Shown: piece after piece, positions 61,960 to 64,000 of the stretch
Position numbering within the stretch: the stretch's first letter is position 1
How the letters are laid out: each line of letters begins with the position of its first letter
NCBI RefSeq assembly: GCF_964213995.1
Contig: NW_027590205.1
Span: 496,001 to 560,000 of the forward strand
Reading direction: 5' to 3'
DNA from: Mustelus asterias
Taxonomy: Eukaryota
DNA length: 64,000 bases
Made by a program: the position numbers and the translations under genes
The notes under the pieces: generated by a model
Told to the model about the DNA's origin: nothing
Database searches by the model: none
What the model saw: the letters and a program-made list of their open reading frames with translations, nothing else

Positions 61960-63625
61960 AGAGGATACAAGTAATATCCCAGAAAATCAGGAAATGAAAG
62001 GGAGGAAGGAACTCGGGGAAAATCACAGTCACTTATGAAGTAGTACTGAGCCAATAGTTGGAGCTGTGGGCTGACAAATTCCCGGGTCCTGATGGACTTC
62101 ATCCTCGGATATTAAAAATGGCTCGTAAGATAAAAGCAAAACACTGAGGGTGCTGAAAATTTGAAATAAAAACAAAATGCTGGAAAGATGCAGCAGGTTT
62201 GGCAGCATCTGTGAGGAGAGAAACAGAGTTAACGTTTCGAGTCCATTTGGCTGTTCTTTAGCTGAAGAGGGGTAGAAATGGCTGGTGAGATAGTTGATGC
62301 ATTGTTTATAATTTTCCAAAATTCCCTGGATTTGGGGAAAGTTCCATTAGATTAGAAAGTAGCAAATGGATCTCTATTGTTCAAAAAAGGAGGGACAAAA
62401 AGCAGGAAACTGCAGGCCAGTTAACATGTCAGAGGGAAAATGTTAGAAGCTATTATTAAAGATGTTATAGCAGGGCAGTGAGAAAGATTCAGGCCATGAG
62501 AGAGAGCTAACATGGTTTTGAGAAAGGGAATTCATATTCAACCTATTTATTGAGTTCTTTGAAGCAGTCACATGTGCTGTGGATAAACAGGAGCCAAAGG
62601 TGGATAAGGGTGAAAGCACCGGGATTTCCAGAATGATAAGTTACCACATCAAAGTTTATTGTGGAAGATAAAAATCAGTGTAGGGGTAACATATTAGCAT
62701 GGATAGAAGATTCTTTCCTGTTAACCAGCCAGGTTGGCATAAATGGGTCTTTTTCTAGCTGGCTGGATGTGACGAGTGGTGTACCACAGGGATTAATGCT
62801 GGGACCTCAACCTTTTGACCATTTATATAAATGATTTAGAAGAAGGAACTGAAGGCATGGTTGTTAAATTTGTCGATGGCACAAAGATAGGTAGATAAAT
62901 AATTTGTGAAGAGGATGTAAGGGGCCACAAAGAGACATAGACAGGTTAAGCAAGTGAGCAAAGAACTGACAAATTTAGTATAATGTTGACAAATGTGCAG
63001 GGCAGCACAATGGTTAGCACTGCTGCCTCACAGTACCAGGGACCCAGGTTCAATTCCGGCCTTGAGTGACCATCTGTGTGGAGTTTGTATGATCTCCTCA
63101 TGCCTGTGCGGGTTTCCGCCAGGTGCTTCGGTTTACTCCCACAGTCTAAAGGTGTACGGGTTAGGTTGATTGGCCATGCTAAATTGTCCCTTAGTGTCGG
63201 GGGATTAGTGGAGGAAATATGTGGCATCATGAGAATAGGGTCTGCGTGGGACTGTTGTCGGTGCAGGCTCGATGGGTCAAAAGGCCTCCTCCTGCACTCC
63301 AGGGATTCTATGATTTCTATGAAATGTGAAATTGTCCATTTTGGCAGGAAGAATGAAAACAGAGTAAATTCTCTAAATAGTGAGAGATTCAGAGGGATCT
63401 GGGTGTCCAAGTGCATGAATCACAAAAGGCTGGAATGCAGGTACAGCAAGTAATCAGGAAAGTTAATAGGATGTTATTGTTTATGGTGCGGCAAATAGAT
63501 TACAAAAGAAGGGATGTTATTCTTCAGAACACTGGTGAGACCATTGGTTTCCTTATTTAAGGAAGGATGTGAATGTGTAAATAGGAGTAGGAAAGGTCTG
63601 CTGGACTAATAGCTGGAATGGATGA
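61960..63625 (+). mobile_element. Old CR1 RT fragments with a nested hammerhead-type end (~62130-62270, minus) and an HE1-like SINE (63000-63320)
   Basis: ADKFPGPDGLHPRILK, GVPQGLMLGP and KCEIVHFGRKN remnants. Confidence 0.75.
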
Positions 63626-64000
63626 TGAAAGGGTTAAAAATCATTCAATGCAGCAAAATTCCTGGGAAACTGCTGGAGCTGCAAGGCACAGCTGCAAAAA
63701 CAATGAACAAGGGGGCTTTGATAGACAACAAGAGGCTGTAACTACAACATCACTGCTTTCAGATAACAGCCCAGGACTGCAGTGTGTTTTGATAGAAGTC
63801 ATAATCACCACTCAGGGTGCCAGACAGTCAAGGATCATAACCATGTGCTTATTGATAATGTTGCTATGTGTACGTGCCCTGTTGACAATTGGATATTGTA
63901 ATTAGGGAAGCAGAGTTGCTGTAATTGGTTCAACACTACTGTGGGAAACAAATGAAGTAATCAGAACTATTAGTTGGGATAGGATAGTGAGTACCTTTGA

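Overview
Eukaryotic DNA, most likely from a cartilaginous fish (shark); this is inferred from HE1-type SINEs, HER1/CR1 LINEs and [14 protein letters not shown]-type zinc-finger starts. The window is a dense cluster of about 14 C2H2 zinc-finger coding exons on both strands, with no KRAB, SCAN or BTB domain visible. Nine ORFs are intact, five look disrupted, and there is one further fragment. About six CpG-rich NRF1/YY1/NF-Y promoter cassettes lie between them, along with many nested retroelements: CR1, L2, Rex1/Babar, Penelope-like elements and tRNA-derived SINEs. A decaying tRNA-Gln tandem array sits at 55.0-56.5 kb. Main leads: (1) two families of minimal hammerhead ribozymes on Penelope-type ends, one carrying a compensatory U3-A8 core; (2) a perfect 107-bp inverted repeat around a bidirectional ZNF promoter core; (3) more ZNF coding exons than promoters, suggesting alternative terminal exons; (4) a conserved stop-codon-containing dead-finger leader. 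Repeat boundaries were read by eye and are approximate; no database searches were run.
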